DNA from: an uncultured Gammaproteobacteria bacterium
Lineage (GTDB): Bacteria > Pseudomonadota > Gammaproteobacteria > CAWCPV01
Length of the DNA stretch: 64,000 bases
Assembly (NCBI GenBank): GCA_963797555.1
Contig: CAWCPV010000019.1
Coordinates: 1-64,000 of the forward strand
Direction of reading: 5' to 3'
A program made the position numbers and the translations under genes. Of the stretch, positions 1 through 10,445 are shown one piece after another. The first letter of the stretch is position 1. Each line of letters begins with the position of its first letter. The notes under the pieces were generated by a model that worked only from the letters and a program-made list of their open reading frames with translations, had not been told where the DNA came from and searched no databases.

Positions 1-564
1 CTCCGGAGGTGACGTGCGACCACTTCTACTACCCCTACCACGCCCGGGTACCCGCCTGTCTGTTGGTGCGTTTCCCTGTCCATGAGGCCTCACTAATCTT
101 GGCCGTTGATTACCGGCACTCTCCCTTCCAGCGCCTGCTCATCGGCTCGGACCAGGGCATTATTGTCTGGGACAAAGGAACGCCGAACAGCCCGCAGCCT
201 ACAGGACTGGCGGAAAGGGAAATGGATGGCTCTGGACAGCGAGAACGGTTCGGTGGTGAGCTACATGACGCTGCCACAGGCGCTCGCGGGTCATGCGGAA
301 GCCAGGCCCCACCTGGATTTTGGCCCTGAAGCGGCAGACCAATCAAACACGACGCAGCCCCGCGAGGTTGGATTCGAGATCGAGGCGCCGGCGGGCACCC
401 CAAAGGGGGGATACCTCGTCTATGGCACTTACGTCATCTCACCCGAGCCCTATCGGCCGGGTGACGGCACTCGTGCTTTGGACCTGCAGGCCAACCCTCT
501 GAAGTTTCGTGTCTCCCGACGGCTGGGGTCGGATACGGCGAGATCGGGCAGGCACACGAACTAA
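1..564 (+). CDS. hypothetical protein, 5'-partial, probably frameshifted near 200
   Basis: Two overlapping ORFs (9..329 and 106..564) read like one protein that switches frame; no recognisable family. Confidence 0.3.
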
Positions 565-758
565 GGCCGCCAGGGCGACTTGGATGTCCTGTTGCGCCTC
601 GGCTGTGCGGACCACGCCGAAACCGGAGGGCACGGTCCGCGAAGCATCTCTAAAGGGGCAGTACTGCAGGAGCTCAGGCGAATCCAGTTCTGTAACGACG
701 GTGGCGTACGGTCCTCCAGGGCTACGGAGCGGGTGTGTCGGCACCCGCTCCGGCATAT

Positions 759-3700
759 TCAAGCAGCCTTAGGGAGTCCCTCGTGCTTCATATAGGCCGC
801 CATGCGGGGCACGAAGTAGGGGACGACCTCCGGCAGCATCTTGGGTAGCAGCCTGCCCATGACGGTCGGCATCAGGTCCGGCATTTGCTCCTTCATGGTG
901 TCCGGCATGGGCACCACCCGCTCCATGGCCGCCAACATATCGGGCATGAGCCTCGGCAGCATGCCCGGCAGCAGACGTGGGAACAGGACCGGCAGCAAGG
1001 GTTCCATCGTGGCCCACAGGGCATTGCGCATGCCCGGCGAGGCCTCCCGGGTCCAGTGCATGACCCCGCGGAAGGGCTGCGGCATGGCCTCGATCATCGC
1101 GGGCAGCAAATCCGCCATGAAGTCGGCCATTGCCTCCGGCTTGAGCAGCTTGATCATGGCCTCGAAGGTGGCCCATTGCTCCAGCATGTGGCCGGTCGGA
1201 TCGGGCAAGCTGATGCCGAGGCCCTCGGCCGCCACGTGCGCGAGGTCCACGATGGGCAGCGGATTGCCGGTCTTCTGAGCGGTGACCCGGAACTGCACCT
1301 CGCAGCATGGGCAGGCAGCCACCAGGGCCTCGGCGCCGGTGGCCCGTGCCTCTTCGAGGCGCAGGCCGCCGATTTTCACCGCCGCCTGCTCCGGGCTCTC
1401 GAGCAGGCTCAGCACGCCACCGCAGCAGTGAGCCTCTTCCCGGTTGTACTCCATCTCGCGCAGCTCGACGCCGGGGATCGCCCGCAGTAGCTCGCGCGGG
1501 GGCTCGTAGATGCCACCGGCACGCCCCATGTGACACGAATCGTGCCAGGTAAGCTGGCGCGGGACTTGATGGGTGAACTTCAGCTCACCGCTCTTGAGCC
1601 GCTCGGCCAGCACCTCGGAGTAGTGGCGCGCCTTGATATGGAAGGGGATGCCCAGTTTCCTGGTCCACTGCGGATAATAGGTATGCCACGCCAGCCAGCA
1701 GGCCGGGCACGAGGTCACCACGGTGCTCACCCCGCGCTGCTGCATGGCTTCGACGTTGTGGCGCAGGATTGTCTCGAAGGTATCCCAGGTCCCAGCGCAC
1801 AGCGCCGGGATGCCGCAGCAGGCCTCCTCCTCGCCCAGATAGGTGAAGTCCACCCCCGCCGCGCACAACAGGCGGGCCGTGCCCTCGGCGATATCCTTCT
1901 CCACCAAGCTGGCGGTACACCCAGCGAAGTAGGCTATCTCGGCCTCGGGCCGGAGCTTCTCTTTCACCTCGTCCGGCAGCCAGGCAGTGCGGTCCCTGGT
2001 CGGCCCCGCGGAACAACCCCCAAAGCGGATTCCCTGGCCATTTTCCCGGACCTGACCCGGCAGATCCTTGGGGACCCAACCGGGCCGATCCTCCTTGTAA
2101 GAGCCCCAGATGTTGAACTCCTTCTCGGTAGAGGCACGCATGAGCTCGAACGGCGGCAGGGTCAACCGGTCTTGGTTGCCCACCAGTTCGCCGCGCATCC
2201 TCATCCAACTGGAATGGTTGGGCAACTCGAGCGGGCACTTCACGTCGCACATCTCGCAGGTGGTGCAGGCCAGGAAGTTCTCGACCCACGCCTGGGTCAT
2301 CTGGGCGCGTCCCTCCAGGTAGTCCCGCAGGAAGAACCAGCGTCCGCGCGGCGATTCGGACTCCCAGCCACGGCCGTAATACTGATCGCACTCGTCCACG
2401 CAGTAACCGCACTGAGCACAGGCATAGGCGTACCAGGCGATGTCGGCGGGCACCCCTCGCTTGCCCTGCCGCGCGAAACGCTCGCCGACGGGGCTGCTCG
2501 CCAGGTTGGCCGGGATCCTGGCCAGCGGCTCGATGGGCAGCAGCGCGCCGATCAGATGCCCCATCAGCCCGCTGTCGATGACCTTGCGCGGGTTCATAAC
2601 GCCCTGGCCGTCCACCTCGCGCTTGAAGGCCCGCAGCCTCTGCACCCGTTCCGGACCCAGGATCGCCTCGGCCTGACTGCTGAAGTACAGGCCAGTCGCG
2701 TAGGGTCGGCCGCCGTATTTCTTGGCGATGCGTACCAGGGTGAGCGACAGGGCGTAGGCCACCCCGAAGGCCAGGGTGCGCTCATCGTGGGGGATAAAGC
2801 CGAGCAGCGTCACCCATCCACGGGCGCCGTCCTGCGGGTCGCGCTGCACCATGCCCTCCAGGCTCAGGGGCTGCCTGATAGCCGATTCGGCCTCGGCCAG
2901 CATCTCCCCCAAGCGTTCCAGGGGCACCACCACCTCGGCGGGCAGTAGGCTCGGTCCCAATCGCTTGATGTGCATGAGCCCAAACCGTTTCTGCCACTCG
3001 TGGTCGGCGAGATCCTGGTCCAACGCCTCCGCTCCATGCTGCGCCAGTATCTTTCCGAGCATTTCCTCGGCCGCCGACCAGCGTTCCCGCGGGGCCGCCA
3101 GCAGGACGATATAGCCATCCTCCGGCAGCCTTGGCCGCTGCGTCGCCACCGGCTCGCCGTGCTCCAAGCGGGGCGGCAGTTGGTTCCGCAAGCTCGCCGT
3201 GGTGGGATTGATGAAGCTGACCGACCACATGGGAAGCTGCGCCGCCAGGATCGCATTGAGGGCAGCCGCCAGCTCGCCGCTCGATGCGAATCGATAGGCC
3301 CGCACGGTCTCGGGCCGTTGCTCCCTGAGCCGCAGGGTGACCTCGGTGATGAACCCGGTAATTCCCTCCGCCTCGCTGATAAGCTGCAGATCCTCACCCT
3401 GGAAGCCGCGTACCTCACCATTCGGCAACACCACGCGAGCGGCCACCACGTTGTCCACGAAACGGCCGTACTCGAAGCAGCCGTACCCTACCCCCCCCTG
3501 GGCCAACCAGCCGCCCACCGTGGACGACGGAGCGCTGGATGGGTAGGTGCGCAAGGCCAAACCTTCCTTACCTAACGCCCGTTCGAGGTCGAGCCACACC
3601 ACGCCGGGCTGCACGCGCGCCGTCATCGTGTCCCTATCCACTGCCAGGACCTGGCGCATCCGGTTCATGCTGACGCAGACACCACCCTTGACCGGCAGCA

Positions 3701-3974
3701 CACCGCCGTAGCCCGACGTGGCCTTGGCGCGCGGCACCAAGTGCACCTTATTGTCGTTGGCCCAGTGAACCAATTCGACCAGTTGCCCTTCGGTGGCAGG
3801 CTGTACCACGGCAGCCGCCGTGGCATCCCCCAGGATCGGCTTGATGAGCTTGGGTATCGGGGCCACGTCGTGGCTGTAGATACGCCGTTCCTCCAAGTCG
3901 AAGCTGACCCACTCGCCGAACATCTGGCGCAACCGCCCTCGCTGTGCAACGGAGAACCTGTTCATCATGGTCAC
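759..3974 (-). CDS. FAD-binding and (Fe-S)-binding oxidoreductase (GlcD-like FAD oxidase fused to GlcF/CCG domains), 1071 aa
   Basis: FAD_binding_4 motifs (VPRAKATSGYGG, TVGGWLAQGG, EGITGFITEVTL); two CxxCxxCxxxC clusters (CAQCGYCVDEC, CTTCEMCDVKCP); two CCG motifs (EACCG, AHCCGG), WHDSCH; Met/Pro-rich tail. Confidence 0.9.
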   Translation of the reverse strand: MTMMNRFSVAQRGRLRQMFGEWVSFDLEERRIYSHDVAPIPKLIKPILGDATAAAVVQPATEGQLVELVHWANDNKVHLVPRAKATSGYGGVLPVKGGVCVSMNRMRQVLAVDRDTMTARVQPGVVWLDLERALGKEGLALRTYPSSAPSSTVGGWLAQGGVGYGCFEYGRFVDNVVAARVVLPNGEVRGFQGEDLQLISEAEGITGFITEVTLRLREQRPETVRAYRFASSGELAAALNAILAAQLPMWSVSFINPTTASLRNQLPPRLEHGEPVATQRPRLPEDGYIVLLAAPRERWSAAEEMLGKILAQHGAEALDQDLADHEWQKRFGLMHIKRLGPSLLPAEVVVPLERLGEMLAEAESAIRQPLSLEGMVQRDPQDGARGWVTLLGFIPHDERTLAFGVAYALSLTLVRIAKKYGGRPYATGLYFSSQAEAILGPERVQRLRAFKREVDGQGVMNPRKVIDSGLMGHLIGALLPIEPLARIPANLASSPVGERFARQGKRGVPADIAWYAYACAQCGYCVDECDQYYGRGWESESPRGRWFFLRDYLEGRAQMTQAWVENFLACTTCEMCDVKCPLELPNHSSWMRMRGELVGNQDRLTLPPFELMRASTEKEFNIWGSYKEDRPGWVPKDLPGQVRENGQGIRFGGCSAGPTRDRTAWLPDEVKEKLRPEAEIAYFAGCTASLVEKDIAEGTARLLCAAGVDFTYLGEEEACCGIPALCAGTWDTFETILRHNVEAMQQRGVSTVVTSCPACWLAWHTYYPQWTRKLGIPFHIKARHYSEVLAERLKSGELKFTHQVPRQLTWHDSCHMGRAGGIYEPPRELLRAIPGVELREMEYNREEAHCCGGVLSLLESPEQAAVKIGGLRLEEARATGAEALVAACPCCEVQFRVTAQKTGNPLPIVDLAHVAAEGLGISLPDPTGHMLEQWATFEAMIKLLKPEAMADFMADLLPAMIEAMPQPFRGVMHWTREASPGMRNALWATMEPLLPVLFPRLLPGMLPRLMPDMLAAMERVVPMPDTMKEQMPDLMPTVMGRLLPKMLPEVVPYFVPRMAAYMKHEGLPKAA

Positions 3975-4237
3975 CTCCGGGCAGGCTAGTGCCTGCTCCT
4001 AAATGCAATTATAGCGAATTTAGAATATGCGGAATTTCCGTTGCTGTCGCATATAAATCAAAGCGCCAGAGGGATTCTTGTGCAGCCGCCCGGTCCGTTC
4101 GTTTGGAGCTGGTAGCGGCACGGCCAGGGTCGAGAGTACCCCCTTAGTTTCCACTTCGCTTTGTCTTTCTCTTCGCGCATGTTCCCCGTTCCCAGAGGCC
4201 GTCTCAAGATTGCATAGCGTGTCACCCCGGCTGGGAA

Positions 4238-4432
4238 TGCTGCGCGCCCCGATAGCGCCGCTGCGCGGTGTTCATGGCGTACCTCCCTGTACGCCACCCC
4301 TTGGGGGAATCCTGCGGACGTGCCGAATGGCTAGCCTCCCATTCGGTCGTTCCTCGCCTGCTACCTGAATTTTTCTCGTCGCTGTGCTCCGTGTGCCCTG
4401 CTCTCGGGGCGCTCGCGACGATTTCATCACAG
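4238..4432. repeat. degenerate copy of the MITE-like intergenic repeat at 15031..15177, with an internal insertion
   Basis: tgctgcgcgccccgatagc... and ...ctcgtcgctgtgctccgtgtgccctgctctcggggcgctcgcgacgattt align with the 15 kb copy. Confidence 0.7.
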
Positions 4433-4578
4433 GATATGGGATGCTCGACACAGAACGCGGGCTGCCTTATGCTCCGGCCAGTCGGGCCAACCCATGCCTT
4501 GCGGCTCGGGCGTAGCCTATACTTGTGGCGCGGGCACCCATTCTCGATCTATCCGTGGACCCTGCCAGGAGTCGATGC

Positions 4579-5454
4579 ATGATGCGACAACCTTCGGCCC
4601 CAATCGGAGTGTGCTTGTGCGCTGCTCTACTCGTCGGCGGCTGCTCGACCGGCCAGTTGGTTGCGCGTACCACGACGCCCGTCATCGGTGGCGGTGTCGA
4701 GGCGATGAACCGTGAAGCGGATCTCGATCTCGCCAAGGCGGCGGTGCCCGCCAACCTCAAGCTGATGGAGGGGCTGATCACCGAAGATCCCAGCAACCTG
4801 GCACTCAGGGAATACGCGGCACAGGGGTTCTACGGCTACGCATTCGGCTTCGTCGAAGACGAAGACCCGGCGCGGGCGTCGGCACTCTATCAGCGCTGCT
4901 TCGGCCACGCCGTGGCCGGTCTCAGGACGGTCGGGTTGCGCGTCGACCCGATGCACGCCTCACAACAGGCGCTGGAACAGGCAATCGCCAATCTCGACTC
5001 CAAAGCCGTTCCCAGCCTGTTCTGGGCGGCCTCATGCTGGGCGAAATGGATCGACATGAACCGCGACGATCCGGCAAGGGTGGCCGAGGCCGGGCGGGCC
5101 GCTGTCCTCATGGCTAGGGTGTTGGATCTGGACGAGACCTACTACTATGGAGGAGCGCACCTGTTCTTCGGCGTTTACTACGCCAGCCGGCCTCCCATGC
5201 TGGGCGGCGACTACGCTAAGGCGGCGCACCACTTCGAGAGAGCGCGCGCCATCTCCGGCGGCAAAGTTTTCATGGTGGACGTCCTTTACGCCCAGTATCT
5301 GGCACGCCAGAAGCTCGACGAGAAGGCCTTCCACCAACGGCTGACCGATGTCCTCCGCCGACCAGCGGACGAGCTCCCGGCCATGACGCTGGCAAACAAG
5401 ATTGCCCAGCGCAAGGCACAGGCGCTGCTCGCCAAAGAAGCGCAGTGGTTCTGA
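4579..5454 (+). CDS. TRAP transporter TatT component lipoprotein (TPAT system)
   Basis: AGGAG RBS, lipobox LLVGGC, helical TPR-like body with YYYGGAHLFFGVYYASRPPMLGG; first gene of a dctPQM operon. Confidence 0.85.
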   Translation: MMRQPSAPIGVCLCAALLVGGCSTGQLVARTTTPVIGGGVEAMNREADLDLAKAAVPANLKLMEGLITEDPSNLALREYAAQGFYGYAFGFVEDEDPARASALYQRCFGHAVAGLRTVGLRVDPMHASQQALEQAIANLDSKAVPSLFWAASCWAKWIDMNRDDPARVAEAGRAAVLMARVLDLDETYYYGGAHLFFGVYYASRPPMLGGDYAKAAHHFERARAISGGKVFMVDVLYAQYLARQKLDEKAFHQRLTDVLRRPADELPAMTLANKIAQRKAQALLAKEAQWF

Positions 5455-6479
5455 TGCGCAAGCTCATCCTGCTCACTGTTCTCTGTTGGCTGCCAGCAGC
5501 GCTTCTGGCGCAGGACTCCTGGACCTTGAAGTTCGCGACTCTGGCCCCCGAAGGCTCCACTTGGATGAAGCTCATAACCGACTGGGCGGATCGGGTCGAC
5601 AAAGAAAGTCGGGGGAGGCTCAAATTCAAGCTTTATCCGGGCGGCGTGAGCGGTGACGAGCCGGACGTGCTCCTCAAGATCCGCTTCGGGCAGCTTCAAG
5701 GCACCGCGATCACCGGCCACGGAATAGGCTTGATCTATTCTCCGGCGCGTGTCCTGGAGATGCCGTTTCTGTTTCGGACGTACGACGAAGTGGACGCCGT
5801 GCGCGACAAGCTCTCGCCGGAGCTGAGCGCCGGTCTCCGAAAAAATGGCTTTGAGCTCGTCGGCTGGCTGGACGTAGGATTCGTGCACTACTTCTCGAAG
5901 TCTCCCGTCCGTTCCATCGACGATCTCCGTCAGCGTCGCATCTGGCTCTGGCAAGGAGACCCTTTGGCGCAGGCGTTCTTCGCCGTCAGCGGGCTGCCAC
6001 CGGTGCCTCTGTCCATTACGGAGGTGTTCACCGGCCTTTCCACGGGCCTCATCGACACCGTCTACGCTCCGCCGCTGGCGGCTATCGCAATGCAGTGGTT
6101 CACCCAGACCCCGTATGTCACCGACATCGCCATGACCGATGGCATCGGGGCACTGGTCATCGAGCGAAAGTTCTTCGACGGGCTCCCCAAGGATCTGCAG
6201 GCGTTACTGTCCAGGACCGGACGCGAGGCGGCAGAAAAAATGGTCCGGGAGACCCGGGCGGACAATGAGAAGAGTCTGACCGTCCTCAAGGATTACGGGC
6301 TCAAGTTCGTGCATTGGACGACAGGCGATGAGAAGGTGGTGATCGATTTGCGGGACCGTGCGGCGGCGCTGCTGGCCAAGCAAGGTTACATCCCCGCCGA
6401 CCTGTTCCAGCGCGTCCTAAAGATGCTCGGAGACTATCGCCATTCCGCTGAGACTGGGCGTGTCTCGCCTGCTCACTAG
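5454..6479 (+). CDS. dctP: TRAP substrate-binding protein DctP (TatP-T type)
   Basis: Signal peptide, KFATLAPEGSTW, YPGGVSGDE motifs; TGATG coupling to the TatT gene. Confidence 0.9.
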   Translation: MRKLILLTVLCWLPAALLAQDSWTLKFATLAPEGSTWMKLITDWADRVDKESRGRLKFKLYPGGVSGDEPDVLLKIRFGQLQGTAITGHGIGLIYSPARVLEMPFLFRTYDEVDAVRDKLSPELSAGLRKNGFELVGWLDVGFVHYFSKSPVRSIDDLRQRRIWLWQGDPLAQAFFAVSGLPPVPLSITEVFTGLSTGLIDTVYAPPLAAIAMQWFTQTPYVTDIAMTDGIGALVIERKFFDGLPKDLQALLSRTGREAAEKMVRETRADNEKSLTVLKDYGLKFVHWTTGDEKVVIDLRDRAAALLAKQGYIPADLFQRVLKMLGDYRHSAETGRVSPAH

Positions 6480-6942
6480 ACTGGAACGTGTCCTGGCCGG
6501 TATCGAGGCGGCGCTGGCAGTACTCGCGCTGTTGCTGATGTTGTTTCTGGCCATCACCCAACTGATCGCACGCAACTTCTTCGACACCGGGTTTCCCGTC
6601 GCGGATACGCTACTCAGATACTTGGTTCTGCTCGTCAGCTTCCTGGGTGCGGTGCTGGCGGTCGGGGAGCGGCGCCACATCAAGATCGACGTGGCTTCGG
6701 TGTGGGTGCCGGTCGGATGGCGGCCGTGGCTGGATACGGTATTCAGCCTCCTCTCCGCAGCGGTCTGCGCACTGGTCTGCTGGGCCGCGGCGCGTTTCTG
6801 GTGGATGGGATGGCAGTTCGCTCCGGTCACGGAGAAGTGGGTAGCCGCGCTCGCCATGATCCTGCCCGTAAGCTTCGCGCTCCTCTCTCTGGAGTTTGTG
6901 TTGCGGGCCCTCGCGACGGCAGTCGCGCCAGAGGGCAGATGA
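6460..6942 (+). CDS. dctQ: TRAP small permease DctQ
   Basis: 4 TM helices, RRHIKIDV motif. Confidence 0.88.
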   Translation: MSRLLTRLERVLAGIEAALAVLALLLMLFLAITQLIARNFFDTGFPVADTLLRYLVLLVSFLGAVLAVGERRHIKIDVASVWVPVGWRPWLDTVFSLLSAAVCALVCWAAARFWWMGWQFAPVTEKWVAALAMILPVSFALLSLEFVLRALATAVAPEGR

Positions 6943-8207
6943 CGGCCGCCCTGGGCGCTTTGCTGGTCGGCCTCGCGCTCTTAGGCTTACCGCTGTTCGT
7001 CGCGCTGGCCGCGGCCAGCCTGATCGGTGCTTGGTGGTCCGGGCTGGACCCCGCTGTCCTGGTGATAGAAATAAACCGGCTGGCCTCATCGCCGAATCTC
7101 ATCGCCTTGCCCCTGTTCACGCTGGCGGGGACTGTGCTCGCAGCCGGCGGCGCGCCCCACCGGATGATCATGCTCTTCGAGGCAGCCCTCGGCTGGATGC
7201 CGGGGGGCCTCGCCATCGTGGCGCTGGCATCGTGTGCCTTCTTTACCGCCTTTTCCGGGGCCTCTGGGATCACCATACTCGCCTTGGGCGGTCTGCTTTA
7301 TCCCATTCTGGTGGCGGGAAAATACACGGCACGGTTCTCGCTGGGGTTGATCACGGCTGCCGGGTCGCTCGGTCTACTGTTTCCGCCCAGCTTGGCGGTG
7401 CTGCTGTATGGGATCGTCGCCCAGGTGAACATTCAGGACCTTTTCAAAGCCGGCGTCATCCCTGGATTCTTGTTGCTCCTGATGTTCGCTCTGCACAGCA
7501 TGTATCGCGGTCCCAGAGGGGGGCTGCCTCGACGTCGTTTCTCGGCGGCCCAGCTTGCGGTAGCGGTCAGACAAGGTATTTGGGACCTGCTCCTGCCGGT
7601 CGTGATCGTCGCCGGCATCTTTGGCGGCTTCTTGACGATCACCGAGGCGGCCGCTTTCACTGCGGTCTACGTGTTGTTCATGGAGCTGTTTGTCCACAGG
7701 ACCCTCAGGCTTGACCACAGGCTCTTTCGGATCGCGCGAGATGCCGCAGTGCTGGTGGGCAGCATCGTGATCATCCTGAGCATCGCCATGGGGCTGACCA
7801 ACCTGCTGGTGGACGCCCAGATTCCGATGCGGATACTCGCCGGCCTGGAACGATGGGTCAACAACCAACTGGAATTCCTGTTGCTGCTGAACGTGTTCCT
7901 GCTCGTCGTGGGCGCCATGATGGACATATTTTCGGCGATAGTGGTCGTGGTCCCCCTGATCCTGCCTCTCGCTGCACGTTTCGGCGTGGATCCCGTGCAC
8001 CTGGGCGTGGTGTTTCTCGCAAACCTGGAGATCGGCTACTGTACGCCGCCCGTCGGGATCAACTTGTTCATCTGTTGCCAGCGGCTCCATCAGCCGATGC
8101 ATGTCCTGTTCCGTGCGGCGTTGCCTTTTGTGGCCATCATGCTCGTCTGGTTGGCGCTGATTACCTATGTGCCGTTCATCTCCCTTTGGTGGCGGAAGCT
8201 TGGCTGA
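6939..8207 (+). CDS. dctM: TRAP large permease DctM
   Basis: LIALPLF, GSLGLLFPPS, NLEIGYCTPPVGINLF motifs; ATGA overlap with dctQ. Confidence 0.92.
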   Translation: MTAALGALLVGLALLGLPLFVALAAASLIGAWWSGLDPAVLVIEINRLASSPNLIALPLFTLAGTVLAAGGAPHRMIMLFEAALGWMPGGLAIVALASCAFFTAFSGASGITILALGGLLYPILVAGKYTARFSLGLITAAGSLGLLFPPSLAVLLYGIVAQVNIQDLFKAGVIPGFLLLLMFALHSMYRGPRGGLPRRRFSAAQLAVAVRQGIWDLLLPVVIVAGIFGGFLTITEAAAFTAVYVLFMELFVHRTLRLDHRLFRIARDAAVLVGSIVIILSIAMGLTNLLVDAQIPMRILAGLERWVNNQLEFLLLLNVFLLVVGAMMDIFSAIVVVVPLILPLAARFGVDPVHLGVVFLANLEIGYCTPPVGINLFICCQRLHQPMHVLFRAALPFVAIMLVWLALITYVPFISLWWRKLG

Positions 8208-8366
8208 CGTTATTCCGGAACAGGCCTGGGACGGGATCATTGCGAGGCGGGGACGGTCCGTGACTCCGCCGAAAGCTTGACAACTCGCGGCGGCGCTCGC
8301 GCCCTGCCTTGGGGAATCTGGCTCAGGGCGTCCACGCGACGAGTCGGGCCGAGGCGGTCGGAGGTG

Positions 8367-8708
8367 ATGAGTGTGCAAACGCTAGATGATCTACTGCGTA
8401 TATCAGGGGTGGTGGCTGCCGGGGAGTTCAGTCCGGACGGGCGCTTGGTCGACTATCGGGCGACCATAGAAATGACGCTGGAAATGGCCAGTATGGCGGC
8501 CACGCTGTGTGCGCCAGTAAACGTCATGTTCGAGACCTTGGCGAGCGAGTTTATGCGCTACAGCGGCATGCAGTGGCTGCCCATGAGGGGCTGGGCTTAC
8601 TCGGGTGGCGACTGGACGGTGGCGATCGGGGGGAACCGAGGCGTGTTCGTGGCGACGGCGAGCGCAGATTTCAACGAGCTGTTCAAGGCGCTGGTGGGCG
8701 GCCGCTAG
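8367..8708 (+). CDS. DUF2173 family (roadblock-like) protein
   Basis: GGAGG RBS; LDDLLRISGVVAAGEFSPDG...GWAYSGGDWTVAIGGNRGVFV..ADFNELF pattern. Confidence 0.75.
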   Translation: MSVQTLDDLLRISGVVAAGEFSPDGRLVDYRATIEMTLEMASMAATLCAPVNVMFETLASEFMRYSGMQWLPMRGWAYSGGDWTVAIGGNRGVFVATASADFNELFKALVGGR

Positions 8709-8801
8709 GGGCATGTTTTCGTGGGTGCAAGGTGTCCCGCGTAAGCGACAGGCGCGAAAGGGGTATCAGTATTGTCTAATACACTAAAGTTACTGAAAAA
8801 G

Positions 8802-8830
8802 TTGACAACTCTGCGGCCATTGCGCATATT
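8802..8830 (+). promoter_or_regulatory. putative sigma70 promoter of the FadL-like gene
   Basis: TTGACA-17 bp-CATATT in AT-rich intergenic DNA upstream of an AGGAGG RBS. Confidence 0.55.
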
Positions 8831-8906
8831 ATTCACACCATCAAGTTGTGGATTAACAACAATGGTGCATAATTAGCAATACCTGCTTGAGTAGGAGGGA
8901 AGGGCG

Positions 8907-10379
8907 ATGAAATTCAGACAGAAAAGTTTGGTGGCGGCGGCCTTGGTTGCGGCCTGTGCGCCCGCGACGGTTTACGCCACCGCGGGCTACTTCATGATTG
9001 GCTACGGTGCCAAAGCGATGGGAGTTGCCGGGACCGGCACTGCGCTGCCACAGGACTCGCTGGCGGCAGCAGTCAACCCGGCCGGAATCGCGTTTGTGGA
9101 CAACCGCGCAGACCTCGGTCTCAGGTTCTTCAGCCCCAAGCGAAGCGGCGAGCTCGACCCCACCGTGGTCGGCGGCGCCTTCGACGTGAACGATGACAGC
9201 CGCAGGGACCTGTTTGCGATCCCCAATTTCGGGTATGTCAGCAACCTGAACTCGACCATGACCTGGGGGGTCAGCGTCTACGGCAATGGAGGCATGAATA
9301 CCACCTACGACCGTAACATCTACGACCAGACCTTCGCGGTCTTGGGGGCATTCCAGCAGGGTTTCCAGGGGGCCCTCCACGCTGGCGCAACGCCGCAACA
9401 GGCGCAGGCGCAGGGCGCCGCAGCGGCTAACTCCGTCCCCCTCGGGACGGGGACAGGCCTCCCCAACACCGGCACCCTCGGAGTGGATCTGGGCCAGATG
9501 ATCATTGCTCCCACCCTGGCGTTCAAGATCAACCCGCAAAATGCGGTGGGTATCTCCCCTCTCATCGGGTTCCAGAGGTTCTCGGCGCGCGGCCTGGGGG
9601 ATTTCCAGTGCTTCACCCCCACCACACAGGCCGACCCAGTAAACGGGCCGTCCTGTCGGATGTTCGGCGTTCCGGCCGATCCGACGACGGGCGTCTCGAC
9701 TCATTTGACCAACCGCGGCAATGATTACGCCGCCGGCGCTGGCGTACGCGTGGGCTACACCGGAGAGCTCACCCCATGGCTCACCGTGGGAGCGGCTTGG
9801 GCATCCCAAGTCTACATGGGCCCGTTCGACGACTACAAGGAGCTGTTCGCCGAGCAAGGGAATTTCAATATCCCGTCCAACTACAGCGTGGGATTCGCGG
9901 TCCATCCCACGTCCCAGTGGACCGTCGCTTTCGACTATGCGCGAATCCTCTACAGCGACGTTGCCGCCATCAGCAACGTCGGACCCATCCCCACCCAGCA
10001 AGGCCCGGCGATCCCTCCCGGGAGCGGTCTCCTGGGTCAGTCCAGTGGACTGGGCTTCGGCTGGACCGACATCAACATCTACCGCGTGGGGCTGCTCTAT
10101 CACCCCAACAACCAGTGGACCTTCCGTGTCGGCTACGAGTACAACGAGAACCCGATCCCGGACAGCCAGCTCCTGTTCAATATTCTGGCACCCGCGGTGG
10201 TGCAGAACCATGCGACGTTCGGCCTGACTCTCAACCTGACACCGAACAGCGAGGTCAACGCCGCGTATATGCACGCGTTCAACGAGAAGCAGTCCGTCAA
10301 CCAGACGGCCTTCGGCGTGCCCGGTTCCATCCAGATGCAGCAGAACTCGTTCGATATCAGCTACTCGTGGAAGTTCTGA
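8907..10379 (+). CDS. OmpP1/FadL/TodX family outer membrane transport protein
   Basis: Signal peptide, N-terminal hatch AGYFMIGYGAKAMGVAG...NPAG, amphipathic beta strands, C-terminal YSWKF. Confidence 0.9.
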   Translation: MKFRQKSLVAAALVAACAPATVYATAGYFMIGYGAKAMGVAGTGTALPQDSLAAAVNPAGIAFVDNRADLGLRFFSPKRSGELDPTVVGGAFDVNDDSRRDLFAIPNFGYVSNLNSTMTWGVSVYGNGGMNTTYDRNIYDQTFAVLGAFQQGFQGALHAGATPQQAQAQGAAAANSVPLGTGTGLPNTGTLGVDLGQMIIAPTLAFKINPQNAVGISPLIGFQRFSARGLGDFQCFTPTTQADPVNGPSCRMFGVPADPTTGVSTHLTNRGNDYAAGAGVRVGYTGELTPWLTVGAAWASQVYMGPFDDYKELFAEQGNFNIPSNYSVGFAVHPTSQWTVAFDYARILYSDVAAISNVGPIPTQQGPAIPPGSGLLGQSSGLGFGWTDINIYRVGLLYHPNNQWTFRVGYEYNENPIPDSQLLFNILAPAVVQNHATFGLTLNLTPNSEVNAAYMHAFNEKQSVNQTAFGVPGSIQMQQNSFDISYSWKF

Positions 10380-10409
10380 CGATCTGAGGCGGGGCAGAAG
10401 TCTACTGCG

Positions 10410-10445
10410 GAAGGCCGTGGCAACACGGCCTTCTTGTTTCTTTTC
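10410..10445 (+). terminator. Rho-independent terminator
   Basis: gaaggccgtg-GCAA-cacggccttc hairpin followed by a T-rich tract. Confidence 0.8.
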
